Source of the DNA: Thermoplasmatota archaeon
Lineage (GTDB): Archaea; Thermoplasmatota; E2; JACPAO01; JAHFTW01
Assembly (NCBI GenBank): GCA_041601615.1
Contig: JBFIHX010000008.1
Coordinates: forward strand, 30,677-94,676
DNA length: 64,000 nucleotides
Direction: 5' to 3'
Positions 8,763-18,371 of this stretch are shown piece after piece. The number at the start of each line of letters is the position of its first letter. Position 1 is the stretch's first letter. A model generated the notes under the pieces. The model worked only from the letters and a program-made list of their open reading frames with translations, did not search any database and was not told the origin of the DNA. Position numbers and translations under genes: made by a program.

Positions 8763-10661
8763 GTGGAGTACGCGGCCCTGGTGGATCACTTCGAGCGCAT
8801 GGATGCGACGACGAAGCGACTCGAGATGACCGCGATTCTTGCCGAGGCGCTTGATGATCTTGGCCGGGAGGAAGTGGAACCGGCACTTCGGCTCATGCAG
8901 GGCAAGGTCGCGCCGGATTGGGAAGGCATCGAATTGGGTCTTGCCGAGAAGCTCGTGTTGCAAGTGCTGGCCCGTGCCGCCGGCCTCAATGTCAAGGCGG
9001 GTGGGGTGGCGCAGGCCACCAAGATATACCACGACGAGGGAGACCTGGGGCTCGCCGCACAACGCCTCATGGAACAAAAAGGCGGTGCTGCACAAGTGGG
9101 GCTTTTTTCATTCCAAAACGAAGCAACTGCATCACTTAGTGTTACAGAAGTATTCAATCGCCTCAAATCCATTGCTTTGGTGCAAGGGCAGGGAAGCCAG
9201 GACGAAAAGCAACAACTGCTATGGAAGCTCCTGTCCGACGCTGGACCCCGCGAAGCCAAGTACATCGTGCGCACCGTCGCCGGACGCTTGCGCCTCGGTG
9301 TCGCGGACATGACGTGCCTCGATGCGCTTACTGCATGGCACCGAAGACAACCGGTTCGATCCGTCACCGAAATGGAGCCCGAGGAACGCGCCACCCACGA
9401 AGATGTGCGCCGCCGCATCGAACGCGCCTTCGACCTGCGTAGCGACTTGCCGTTTGTGGCCCGCACGCTTGCCGAGGGCGGACTGGACGCCATCGACGAA
9501 GTGCAAGTGCAACACGGCACGCCGCTTCGCCCCATGGCAGCCGAGCGCTTGAAGACCCTAGGCGAAATTCTCGAAAAACACGAGGGCCGCTCCGCCTTGG
9601 AATACAAGTACGACGGTCTGCGCGTGCAAGCGCACGTCAGCGCCGACCCGAGTGTCCCCGTCAAGCTGTTTAGCCGCCGCATGGAAGACCTCACAGCGCA
9701 ATTTCCAGACGTTCAACAGTACCTCCGGGCCGCACTCAAGGGAAAAAGCGCCATCGTGGAAGGCGAATGCGTCGCAATGGACCGCGCCACGGGACGCATG
9801 AGGCCGTTTCAGGAAGTCAGCCGCAGGCGAGGGCGCAAGACCGGCCTCGGAGAAGATGCGCGCCAGGAATCCGCGCTGGCCGACGGAGCCGCCACCACCA
9901 CGAACATGATGGACGAAGTGCCCGTCACTGTGTTTTTGTTCGATTGCATGGCCGTCGACGGCCAATCCGTGATGCACGAGGGCTACCAGACCCGCCGCGA
10001 CCGCATCCCGCACGTCTTCCGACTCGGTGACGAAGTCATGTTGTCCACCATGAGCATCACGGAAGACGAAGGCGCCATGGAGACGTTCTTTCAACAAGCC
10101 GTGCAAGACGGCGCCGAGGGCGTCATGGCCAAGGCACTCGACGCGCCGTACAAGGCCGGCAACCGAGGCTTTGACTGGATCAAATACAAGACCGATTACA
10201 CCGAGGATCTCGTGGACACCATGGACCTCGTGGCCATTGGTGCATTCTACGGTCGCGGCCGCCGCGCCGGTTGGTACGGGGCTCTTCTCATGGCTGCCTA
10301 CGACCCGGACTCGGACACCTACGCCAGTGTCTGCAAGCTCGGCACTGGCTTCGACGACGCCACCTTGATGGGCCTCAAGGACAAATTCGCCCCGCACCAA
10401 AGCGAGACGAAGCCCGCCGGCGTCGACAGCGACATGGTGCCCGACGTTTGGTTCCAACCATCCGTTGTCATGGAAGTGCAAGCCGCCGAATTGACCTTGA
10501 GCCCGACGCACCGCGCCGGATGGGGCAGCATAAAAGAAGGCGCCGGGCTCGCTGCGCGTTTCCCTCGGTTTACGGTGTGGAGAGAGGACAAATCGCCGCA
10601 GCAGGCGACGACTGTGGGAGAAATTCAGGGAATGTACGAGATGCAAGGACAAACCACCTAG
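8763..10661 (+). CDS. lig: ATP-dependent DNA ligase
   Basis: Adenylation motif EYKYDGLRVQAH (KxDG). Length and domain order are those of archaeal/eukaryal ligases. Confidence 0.9.
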   Translation: MEYAALVDHFERMDATTKRLEMTAILAEALDDLGREEVEPALRLMQGKVAPDWEGIELGLAEKLVLQVLARAAGLNVKAGGVAQATKIYHDEGDLGLAAQRLMEQKGGAAQVGLFSFQNEATASLSVTEVFNRLKSIALVQGQGSQDEKQQLLWKLLSDAGPREAKYIVRTVAGRLRLGVADMTCLDALTAWHRRQPVRSVTEMEPEERATHEDVRRRIERAFDLRSDLPFVARTLAEGGLDAIDEVQVQHGTPLRPMAAERLKTLGEILEKHEGRSALEYKYDGLRVQAHVSADPSVPVKLFSRRMEDLTAQFPDVQQYLRAALKGKSAIVEGECVAMDRATGRMRPFQEVSRRRGRKTGLGEDARQESALADGAATTTNMMDEVPVTVFLFDCMAVDGQSVMHEGYQTRRDRIPHVFRLGDEVMLSTMSITEDEGAMETFFQQAVQDGAEGVMAKALDAPYKAGNRGFDWIKYKTDYTEDLVDTMDLVAIGAFYGRGRRAGWYGALLMAAYDPDSDTYASVCKLGTGFDDATLMGLKDKFAPHQSETKPAGVDSDMVPDVWFQPSVVMEVQAAELTLSPTHRAGWGSIKEGAGLAARFPRFTVWREDKSPQQATTVGEIQGMYEMQGQTT

Positions 10662-10777
10662 CATCGGCCCAATTCAACACCTCCCTCTCCATTTATGCAC
10701 CCCCTAGAGTAGCCGCCGGGGTGGGTTTGACCAAGATTCGCCTGTCTCGGTTGCGTGACGAGGTGCGGGCATTGCAG

Positions 10778-11608
10778 ATGCGATTGTCGGAGATAGAGCG
10801 CAAGCTTGCCAAGAAAAGCGATGATGCGCAGGCCATGAACGCGCTGACGTCGGCGCAGGATTATTGCGTGGAAGCAGAAAAATCGGCGAAGGCTGGAGAC
10901 TTGCAACGGGGCTGGAAGAAGGTGCACCGGGCCCGCGAGGCGTTGGTGTGTACGATGCAGCCGGTGCAGGTGCGCCTGGAGGCCGATGATTTGCTGCGCC
11001 GAGCCGCCTATTTGGATGTTGAAAAGAATCAGCTCTTGCAGCAATGGTTGAGCCAAGGCCTGGAAGCATTGCCCTTGGAGGACCAGCGGCGCACGGTGCG
11101 GCGGGCACTCAACCTGCACAACGAGCACTGGGATGTATTCTACCAAGCGGCGCGATTGACCGATGCGCGATTGCGCAGTCTTTCAGGGATGCTGATGATT
11201 GCCACCGCGGGCGCCATAGCAGCGGCATCCGTGGGTGGTCTTGAGTTGGTTCCAGGAATGGCAGGCGGCACGTTTGCGGCCATCGTCGTCTTGCTGGGCC
11301 TCGTCGGCGGTAGCACGAGTGCGTTGGTGGCCACCATCACGGGCTCCACGGATCGAATTCTGCCCATGCATACCATCGATAGTTCCTGGAGCGTCCTGCG
11401 AACACCGTTTGGCGGATCCAGCGCATTGCTGGTGGTCCTGGCACTGGGCGGCGGCATGCTCGGAGTCACCGTGGAAACGGCCCAGGGATACTACGTCTGG
11501 GCGGCGGTTGCCGGTTTCAGCGAGGGACTCTTCGTGCGCTTGGCCGCCGGCATCGCGGGACGGTTTGGCACGGAGCGATCTGCGGATGACCGGGTGATTG
11601 ACGCGTAG
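10778..11608 (+). CDS. membrane protein with N-terminal coiled-coil and C-terminal Gly/Ala-rich TM helices (hypothetical)
   Basis: The ORF 10271..11608 overlaps the ligase. The start was re-placed at ATG 10778 (GTG 10721 is also possible). Hydrophobic helices begin at GMLMIATAGAIAAASVGG. Confidence 0.5.
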   Translation: MRLSEIERKLAKKSDDAQAMNALTSAQDYCVEAEKSAKAGDLQRGWKKVHRAREALVCTMQPVQVRLEADDLLRRAAYLDVEKNQLLQQWLSQGLEALPLEDQRRTVRRALNLHNEHWDVFYQAARLTDARLRSLSGMLMIATAGAIAAASVGGLELVPGMAGGTFAAIVVLLGLVGGSTSALVATITGSTDRILPMHTIDSSWSVLRTPFGGSSALLVVLALGGGMLGVTVETAQGYYVWAAVAGFSEGLFVRLAAGIAGRFGTERSADDRVIDA

Positions 11609-12048
11609 CGCAAAGCGATTCGCACGAAATTTGGAAGCCACTCTGGGCAACCGGCGATCTAGTTGATTCGAGGCACAGGACTCTTCACCCTCATGCCGGC
11701 TCCGTCCGAGAGTCCTATCAAGGCCAGCAAGACAGGGACCTCGAGCTGAGCGCCAGGCCGCGGACGCCGCGCCTCCCCCCCCAACCCATCCCGAGTGCCT
11801 CTTCGACCTCGGCCAGACGCTGAACCATTTTGATTCATTTCTCATCTTTTTAATGGGGTTTATCCGAGCAAGCCAATCCCCCATTCAACCATATATCCAC
11901 TATATCTAGTGGAATAATGCCCGAATATTGGTAGGTATTCCCCCATCCGCCTTTACAGCGGAAAAATACTCGAAGAGTCGAGGATATTGGGCCAACAGAA
12001 GCATATATCAGCATAAGGTCCATGATGGTGCTGTCTGATACAGACTAG

Positions 12049-12267
12049 GTGAACAACATGGCCAAGACGCTACCCACCGTGCTTCTCGCACTATCACTGC
12101 TTGCCCTCACATGTGCCGCCCCAGTCGATGCATACGGCGCCTGCGTTGGGATCTGCATCGATGTCGCCGACACCAATGGCGACGGTGAGTACCGCGTTCA
12201 AACATGCACCGGAAACGTGAACGTCCAAGTGGGCCTGAGCAACGAAGCCCATTTCTGCGGGAACTGA
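12049..12267 (+). CDS. small secreted Cys-containing peptide (signal peptide plus ~44-aa mature part)
   Basis: Sec-type signal LLALSLLALTCAAPVDA. The mature part has 5 Cys and a NVNVQVGLSNEAHFCG motif shared with the two following genes. An AT-rich promoter region lies upstream. Confidence 0.5.
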   Translation: MNNMAKTLPTVLLALSLLALTCAAPVDAYGACVGICIDVADTNGDGEYRVQTCTGNVNVQVGLSNEAHFCGN

Positions 12268-12277
12268 GGCGGTTCAA

Positions 12278-12778
12278 ATGAGCCCACTTCTCACATGGGG
12301 CAGCACGACACTGCTTCTCGTCGCCGCATCGCTTGGATTGTCCCTCGTGGACAACGCATCGGACCCCGAAGCCCCTACCTCGATGACTGAAGCACTCCCG
12401 CCGCTGGACTCGACCGGCGGCGAGCACGAGTCGTTTGACCTATTGACAACGATTCATGGACACTTGGATTTCGACCTTCCAGAACATGCAACAGGTTGGG
12501 CGACTGCGACGCTGGCACCACTCGATTCTACTCCAGTGCGAAGCGACCGCAGCCTCTGCATCAAGCTCGTTCGACTCGAGCCCTCCCCTGTAACGCTTCG
12601 CCAATCCGGTCAATGCGGAATGAACGTCAACGTGCAATCGAACTTGGATTTTGGCGACCAAACCGTATTCGAGACAGATCTTGCCGAACTAGACCCCGGG
12701 CAATACCGCCTTGAATTCGAGGCGGACCCGCAAGCAGCGACCCTCCAATTTGTGGTTGCCTGGGAGATTGCACAATGA
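12278..12778 (+). CDS. secreted hypothetical protein carrying the CGMNVNVQSNLDFGD variant motif
   Basis: Signal peptide TTLLLVAASLGLSL. It is 11 nt downstream of the previous gene and overlaps the next gene by 4 nt (operon-like). Confidence 0.5.
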   Translation: MSPLLTWGSTTLLLVAASLGLSLVDNASDPEAPTSMTEALPPLDSTGGEHESFDLLTTIHGHLDFDLPEHATGWATATLAPLDSTPVRSDRSLCIKLVRLEPSPVTLRQSGQCGMNVNVQSNLDFGDQTVFETDLAELDPGQYRLEFEADPQAATLQFVVAWEIAQ

Positions 12779-13086
12779 ACAGTTGGGTACTCGCAACAGC
12801 GCTTGCCTTGGTAGCTCTCGCGGCCCCAGCGTCGGCCGATCAAGAAGCCAGCGACGGAGCTTGCGAGAATGAGGTGGTGGTCCAGTATGACCTGCGCCAC
12901 AACGAGAAACACTGCAGCAGTTGCACATTCATGATCATCATCCAGGTGGGTCTGGATAACGATACATCATGCAGAGACATCTGCATGTACAACGTCTTCA
13001 TACAGGTTGGGTTGGGCCATAATTTTGTTCATTGTGGATCTCTCCCCGTTGACCTCGTGTCACACGTACAAGCAACGATTCCCTAG
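12775..13086 (+). CDS. small secreted Cys-rich protein with two copies of the [IV]-x-[IV]-Q-V-G-L motif
   Basis: Signal peptide ALALVALAAPASA. Motifs MIIIQVGLDNDTSC and NVFIQVGLGHNFVHCG. 7 Cys. Confidence 0.5.
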   Translation: MNSWVLATALALVALAAPASADQEASDGACENEVVVQYDLRHNEKHCSSCTFMIIIQVGLDNDTSCRDICMYNVFIQVGLGHNFVHCGSLPVDLVSHVQATIP

Positions 13087-13159
13087 ATTCAAGGGCATCC
13101 GAACGCACCCAATTCTTGGAAGCTGGTGCTTTCCAAGGCGACCCTTGGTGATGAACCGT

Positions 13160-14725
13160 TCACCCTAGGGCACTTCGATGCACCAAGCTCTTCGCCGTCA
13201 TCTCAGCCCCAATCGGGAGCCCCATCAAATCCAGCAACGTCGGAGCAACGTTGCACAGCGCCCCGCCGGAGCGAAGCGAGACCCCTACGCCCGCGTGGAC
13301 GGCGATGAGTGGACTGGGTTCCATGCTGTGCGCCGTGACGCGGTCTCCGCGCCCTCCGTCGTCGGCGACTTTGCACATTTCTTCGCAGTTGCCGTGGTCG
13401 CTGGTGATGAGGACGAGGTAGCCGAGTTCGCCCGCCACGGAGACGAGGCGGTTGAGGCAGTTGTCCATGAATTCCATCATTTGGACTGCGGCATCGAGGT
13501 TGCCGGTGTGGCCGACCATGTCGGGGTTGGCGTAGTTGACGACCATGAGATCGTAGTCTTCGCTGCCCATGGCATGGAGGAGTCGATCGGTGACTTCGCC
13601 TGCGTTCATTTCGGGTTGCAGGTCGTAGGTGGCGACTTGGGGGCTGGGGATGAGGATTCGGTCTTCTCCTTCGAATGGAGTTTCGCGGCCGCCACTGAAA
13701 AAGTAGGTGACGTGGGCGTATTTTTCGGTCTCCGCGATGCGCAATTGACGCATGCCAAGGCCCGCGATGTGTTCGCCGAGCGTGCCGGTGGGGCGGGAGG
13801 GCGGGTAGGCGATGTGGATGCCGGGCCAGGCGACGAAAGCGTCGTCGTATTGCGTGGTGCATACCCAGAGGAGGTTGCTGGGCGGCGTCCGGTCGAATCC
13901 CGTGAAGGCTGGGTCCATGAAGGCGCGGGTCATTTCGCGGGACCGATCGGGTCGGAAGTTGAGCCAGATGCAGGCGTCCCCTTCGCGCACGGCACCGTTG
14001 GGATCGATGCGGGTGGCGGCTGCAAATTCGTCGTCCTCGCCGGCAAGGTACGCGGCGGCAAGAGCGGCTTGGGCGTCTGGTGCGTCCCGAGTGGCGGCGG
14101 CTCCGGTGTACAAGTCGTAGGCGGACTGCACGCGCTCCCAGCGCTGGTCGCGGTCCATGGCGTAGTATCGGCCCACGATGTCGGCGATGGTGCCGTTGTT
14201 AGCCCGGGTCATTTGGGTCGTGAGGGTGTCGAGGAAGCCGGCGGCGCTGCGGGGGTCCGTGTCGCGGCCGTCGAGGATGGGGTGGACGAACACCTCGTCG
14301 ATGCGGGCACTTGCAGCGGCTTTGAGGGCGGCGGCAAAGTGGTCTTCGTGGGCGTGGACGCCGCCGGGGCCTAGGAGCCCGAAGAGGTGCAGCCGTCCGC
14401 CGGTGCTGCGAACATGATCGAAGGCGGCTTGGTAGGCATCGTTGTTGCCAAATTCGGTGTCCTCGATTGCCTTGTTGATGCGCAAAAAGTCCTGGTAGAC
14501 GATGCGTCCGGCGCCGATGTTCAAGTGCCCCACTTCGGAGTTGCCCATCTGGCCTTCGGGCAAGCCAACGTGGTGCTGGTTGTTGTCGATAAACGTCCAG
14601 GGCGACTCGGCGCGCAGCTTGTCGAGCGTCGGCGTGTTGGCCAGTTCCACGGCGTTGCAGGGGTGATCGGGGTCGCCGAATCCAAAGCCGTCAAGAATCA
14701 CCAGAAGAGCTGGGCGGTGGGCCAC
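13160..14725 (-). CDS. gpmI: 2,3-bisphosphoglycerate-independent phosphoglycerate mutase
   Basis: LVILDGFGFGD N-terminal motif and full-length iPGM architecture. The ORF is over-extended to 14887. The start was re-placed at GTG 14725 (VAHRPALLVILDG), which is uncertain. Confidence 0.8.
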   Translation of the reverse strand: MAHRPALLVILDGFGFGDPDHPCNAVELANTPTLDKLRAESPWTFIDNNQHHVGLPEGQMGNSEVGHLNIGAGRIVYQDFLRINKAIEDTEFGNNDAYQAAFDHVRSTGGRLHLFGLLGPGGVHAHEDHFAAALKAAASARIDEVFVHPILDGRDTDPRSAAGFLDTLTTQMTRANNGTIADIVGRYYAMDRDQRWERVQSAYDLYTGAAATRDAPDAQAALAAAYLAGEDDEFAAATRIDPNGAVREGDACIWLNFRPDRSREMTRAFMDPAFTGFDRTPPSNLLWVCTTQYDDAFVAWPGIHIAYPPSRPTGTLGEHIAGLGMRQLRIAETEKYAHVTYFFSGGRETPFEGEDRILIPSPQVATYDLQPEMNAGEVTDRLLHAMGSEDYDLMVVNYANPDMVGHTGNLDAAVQMMEFMDNCLNRLVSVAGELGYLVLITSDHGNCEEMCKVADDGGRGDRVTAHSMEPSPLIAVHAGVGVSLRSGGALCNVAPTLLDLMGLPIGAEMTAKSLVHRSALG

Positions 14726-14823
14726 GGGGCGGCGACGGTGCAGGTGTTGTTCAAGGTTGGGAAGCGCTGGGCTCAAGTTCGTCCACCAAAAAGACCAACA
14801 ACCGCAAAGTTTCGGCGCCTCGC

Positions 14824-15858
14824 ATGCGCGTCGTGGTGGCCTTGGCCCTGATCGTGGTCGGTTTTGCCGGGTGCAGTGAAGAAACAACTCCTTTGGTCCT
14901 CGACGAGGAACCAGCGCCTACCGTGGTTACGGACCCGAGTGATTATTCCTACAACACGACCCGCCAGCACATCCACGACTACTGGAACGACCAGCAGAGC
15001 ATAGAGGTGTTCTCGAAGACGAAGTCGATCGGCACCATTGTGTTCGACGACTATGAAGACGAAGAGGTGCGCGGAGATACGGACCAGGTCATTCCGCAAG
15101 GAGCCAAGTGGGTCAACATCACCATGGACTGGGACCTGAATGAGCCGCGCATCTACAGCGCGACCGAATTGTGGCTGCGCACCGCCAAGGAGACCGAGCC
15201 GTTCCTAGTGGGCCCCATCGAAGACGGCGAGACGGTGACGTTCCTGAGCGACAACGGCCACGACGACCTGCCGCACCAGCGACTGAGTGCTTGGATGTTC
15301 ATTCTGCGCTTCTACAGCGACGTGGCGGACCACATCCTCACCCAAGGCACCGTGGACGTGACGGTGACGGCGGCGCGAGGCTTGGAAATTCCCGTCTATC
15401 CTGGACACCCAGACCAATGGAAGGATGCCACGGAATTGCCCTTGTTGGAGCATGAAGGAAATGTGGGCATGGACACGGGCCCCCACTCGGTTGCTGGAGT
15501 TGGCGCCGGCCACTGGTGCTTGTTCCAGTGCTTTGGAATCCTGCGGCTGGACGACGGCGCCATTGTTCCGTACAACACGAGCATGGTCGAGGTGGTGTTG
15601 AGCGAAAGTTCCGGCACTTCCACTCCGACTCTGCCTGGCCTGATGTTCCACGGCGCCGATACACTCGAATGGACCCTACTGGAACCCTCCGAGCAATCTG
15701 GCTCCACGCGGACGTATCAAATCGAAGTGCTCCCCGGAGCCGGCGACGGCGCCTACGCCCAGCAGAGCTTATGGGAATTCCATGTGGTCATCGATGAACC
15801 GGTGCCGAATGGAGTGTTCGTTGGATCCTTTGATTTGAAGGCGAGGGCGATTCGCTAA
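14824..15858 (+). CDS. secreted lipoprotein, hypothetical
   Basis: Signal peptide plus lipobox-like VVGFAGC. Acidic mature protein with no recognised domain. Confidence 0.55.
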   Translation: MRVVVALALIVVGFAGCSEETTPLVLDEEPAPTVVTDPSDYSYNTTRQHIHDYWNDQQSIEVFSKTKSIGTIVFDDYEDEEVRGDTDQVIPQGAKWVNITMDWDLNEPRIYSATELWLRTAKETEPFLVGPIEDGETVTFLSDNGHDDLPHQRLSAWMFILRFYSDVADHILTQGTVDVTVTAARGLEIPVYPGHPDQWKDATELPLLEHEGNVGMDTGPHSVAGVGAGHWCLFQCFGILRLDDGAIVPYNTSMVEVVLSESSGTSTPTLPGLMFHGADTLEWTLLEPSEQSGSTRTYQIEVLPGAGDGAYAQQSLWEFHVVIDEPVPNGVFVGSFDLKARAIR

Positions 15859-15888
15859 CCTCGCAGCCCCCGACGCGGTGCTGTTGTG

Positions 15889-16428
15889 TCAGGGAGCCGC
15901 CAAATTCCAGGTCTGGACGCGCTCATACTCGGGCCCCTCGGGTCCGAGGCGACTCTGGAAAAGCACGACCTCGGCCAGAGGGCCTTGCCAGAACGGCCCT
16001 GGGAATTCTTGGAGCAAGTTGCGCAGATCCTGAGGCCGCTTGCACCGAGCAAGCGTGATGTGCGGGACAAATTGCCGGCTTGCTTCTGGTTGGCCAAGCG
16101 ATTGCGTCGCCGCCACGATTCGCTGCTGCAGCGCGCGCAGCGGCTCCGCCTCCAAGTTGGCCCAGACAATGCGGGCATGGCGCGGGTCTTGGAACATCCC
16201 AAGGTGCCGAATTGCGCCGTCCATGGCTTGGGCGTCTTTCACCGCGGCCCCAACGGCGGTACGGATGGCTTCCCTGTCGCTCGATTCCTCCACGTCGCCA
16301 AAAAACCGCAGCGTCACGTGCTCCGTGCCCTCCGGAACCGGCCGCACGCCATCCAGCCGCTGCAACGTATTTCGTACCGGACCCAGGACATCCGCGCAGG
16401 AGACCGGCAGGCCAACAAACAAGCGCAC
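15889..16428 (-). CDS. thpR: RNA 2',3'-cyclic phosphodiesterase (2H family, LigT/ThpR)
   Basis: Two H-x-T-L motifs (HVTLRF, HITLAR). 179 aa. Confidence 0.8.
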   Translation of the reverse strand: MRLFVGLPVSCADVLGPVRNTLQRLDGVRPVPEGTEHVTLRFFGDVEESSDREAIRTAVGAAVKDAQAMDGAIRHLGMFQDPRHARIVWANLEAEPLRALQQRIVAATQSLGQPEASRQFVPHITLARCKRPQDLRNLLQEFPGPFWQGPLAEVVLFQSRLGPEGPEYERVQTWNLAAP

Positions 16429-16527
16429 GCAAGATCATTGTCTCCGGGCGCTTTGGAGGTTCGGGTGGACACAAGCGGACACCCCAATCCGCTCCGGCGG
16501 CGGCAAGCGTCAAGTTCTCGGGCCCGA

Positions 16528-17946
16528 ATGAGCGACCCGATGCGTGCCCTGTCCGTCCTGTCTGTCCTTCTGGCGCTGATGCTCCTGCCCTCCACCCTCG
16601 CGCAAGTGCCCGGGATCAAGGATGCCATCACCGACGGGACCGCCTTCGAATACGACGACGAAGCCAGCGTCGAGCGCATCCGAGCCGTGGCGGACTCGAT
16701 TTCGGGCAACGGGGTCCATGATTGCGTACAAATGGTCACATCCGACCCGACCACCGCGTACCGCATGATGGGCACCCCAACGCAAGACGCATTCATCCAA
16801 AAGCACCGCAACACCTTCGCGGATTTTGGCCTCGCATCCGACTTGCACCACTTCCAAAACGGATCCGCAGCGTTCGGAGTCGGCGGCACCGTGTTCGGAG
16901 AGGGCGGCACGAATCTACTTGCCGTCCTGCCCGGCACCCACCTCGACAAGTGGGTGGTCATCGGCGGCCACTACGACACCCGCGAAGCGACCATCGGCGC
17001 CTTGGACAACGGCAGCGGCCTCTGCTCCGTCTACGAAGTTGCTCGTGCCATGAAGGCCGACGTGGACGCCAATGGCCCCTACGAGGCGAGCATCGTGTTT
17101 GCCTGGTACGACGGCGAAGAATGGGGCCTCTACGGCGCCGTTGCATTCTCCCAAGACACGAAAGTCGCCAAGCGGCTCCTAGGTCTGCCAGAGGATGCCA
17201 GCGTGGAGATACTGGTGAGCCAAAGCTTCGACATGCCCGGCCTCAACTACCCCGCCCGCAACATCTGGGTACAATACGGCGAACCCGTCGACCTCGAAGG
17301 CTACGCCGTGCTGAACCTGCGCACCGCACCCATCCATGACGAAAACGACTGGACGTGCTGGAGCTACGGCTGCTATGAGGACCTCAAGACCCGCACCGAC
17401 TTCGAGACGGTACTGCACGCCAACACCAACTACCAATTCCTGGTGCGCGAAGTGGCCTACGACCTCCTGCAATACCCACCCGAATACGTCTGGATCAGCG
17501 ACGACCACTACGGACGCAGCGACCACATCCCCCTCATCGCAGCTGGCGCCGCAGGCATGCGCATCCAAGGCAGCCACGACGAAGAATACCCCTGCTACCA
17601 CCAACCCTGCGACACCCTCGAATGGCTCTACCTCCAAGCCGGAAGCCGCGACGAGTTGTTGCTTGCCTACAACACGGAAGCAACCATCGGCGGCACCGTC
17701 GCCATGTACGCAGCCCTACGAGGCGAAGTCGGACCCTACGGCGAACCCTTCTGGGCCGCCAAGCGCGGAGCCAACCTCGCAGACCTCCTTGCCTTGCACC
17801 CCTACGTGACTGCCCCCGGCACCCTCCAAGACGACACGCCCCCCACGGACGCCGAAATCCCCGCGCCAGCCGCCCCCGCCAGCCTCGCCGCCGTCTGCCT
17901 CGCCGCCCTCATGCAAGCCCGCCGCATCACCGGCCGAATTGGATGA
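16528..17946 (+). CDS. secreted M28-family zinc aminopeptidase
   Basis: The ORF 15886.. is over-extended. The start was re-placed at ATG 16528 (MSDPMRALSVLSVLLALMLL signal). M28 metal-ligand context GGHYDT, LDNGSG, YDGEEWGLYG. Confidence 0.8.
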   Translation: MSDPMRALSVLSVLLALMLLPSTLAQVPGIKDAITDGTAFEYDDEASVERIRAVADSISGNGVHDCVQMVTSDPTTAYRMMGTPTQDAFIQKHRNTFADFGLASDLHHFQNGSAAFGVGGTVFGEGGTNLLAVLPGTHLDKWVVIGGHYDTREATIGALDNGSGLCSVYEVARAMKADVDANGPYEASIVFAWYDGEEWGLYGAVAFSQDTKVAKRLLGLPEDASVEILVSQSFDMPGLNYPARNIWVQYGEPVDLEGYAVLNLRTAPIHDENDWTCWSYGCYEDLKTRTDFETVLHANTNYQFLVREVAYDLLQYPPEYVWISDDHYGRSDHIPLIAAGAAGMRIQGSHDEEYPCYHQPCDTLEWLYLQAGSRDELLLAYNTEATIGGTVAMYAALRGEVGPYGEPFWAAKRGANLADLLALHPYVTAPGTLQDDTPPTDAEIPAPAAPASLAAVCLAALMQARRITGRIG

Positions 17947-17996
17947 AAACGAACCGCCGCGACGACTCTAAGCCCCGCCGCCCGAATCGTGCCCCG

Positions 17997-18230
17997 ATGC
18001 GAACCATCGCCATCCTCCTAGCAAGCATGTTCGTCCTCCTGGGCGCCTTCAGCACCACTGCAAGCGCCAGCCATGACTGCGACAAGAGCCGCGACGTAGA
18101 CGCCACACTCGTCAAAGTACACGTCGAGTACGACGTCGTCTGCGCCAGCCTCGAAGTGTCCCGCTGCACCCTCTACAGCGACCCCGAATACCCCTCGCAC
18201 CCCTACTGGCGCTGCGAGCGCGTTCTCTAG
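17997..18230 (+). CDS. small secreted Cys-containing protein (77 aa, hypothetical)
   Basis: Signal peptide MRTIAILLASMFVLLGAFSTTASA. 5 Cys. Confidence 0.35.
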   Translation: MRTIAILLASMFVLLGAFSTTASASHDCDKSRDVDATLVKVHVEYDVVCASLEVSRCTLYSDPEYPSHPYWRCERVL

Positions 18231-18371
18231 ACACGCACAACAACAGCAGGCATTCTTGAATCCCTGATGAACACCTTCTCCATCTCAACCCATCCAAGCG
18301 ACACCAATCCGCCGACAAACCGCCTCTTTCTGGCAAGAATCCTTATGAGCCGCGGCCCCGGCTGCACACCC

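Noticed and set aside
15886-16527. N-terminal 214 codons of the 686-aa ORF encoding the M28 peptidase
   Set aside because: They overlap thpR on the opposite strand. A clean signal peptide begins at the internal ATG 16528.
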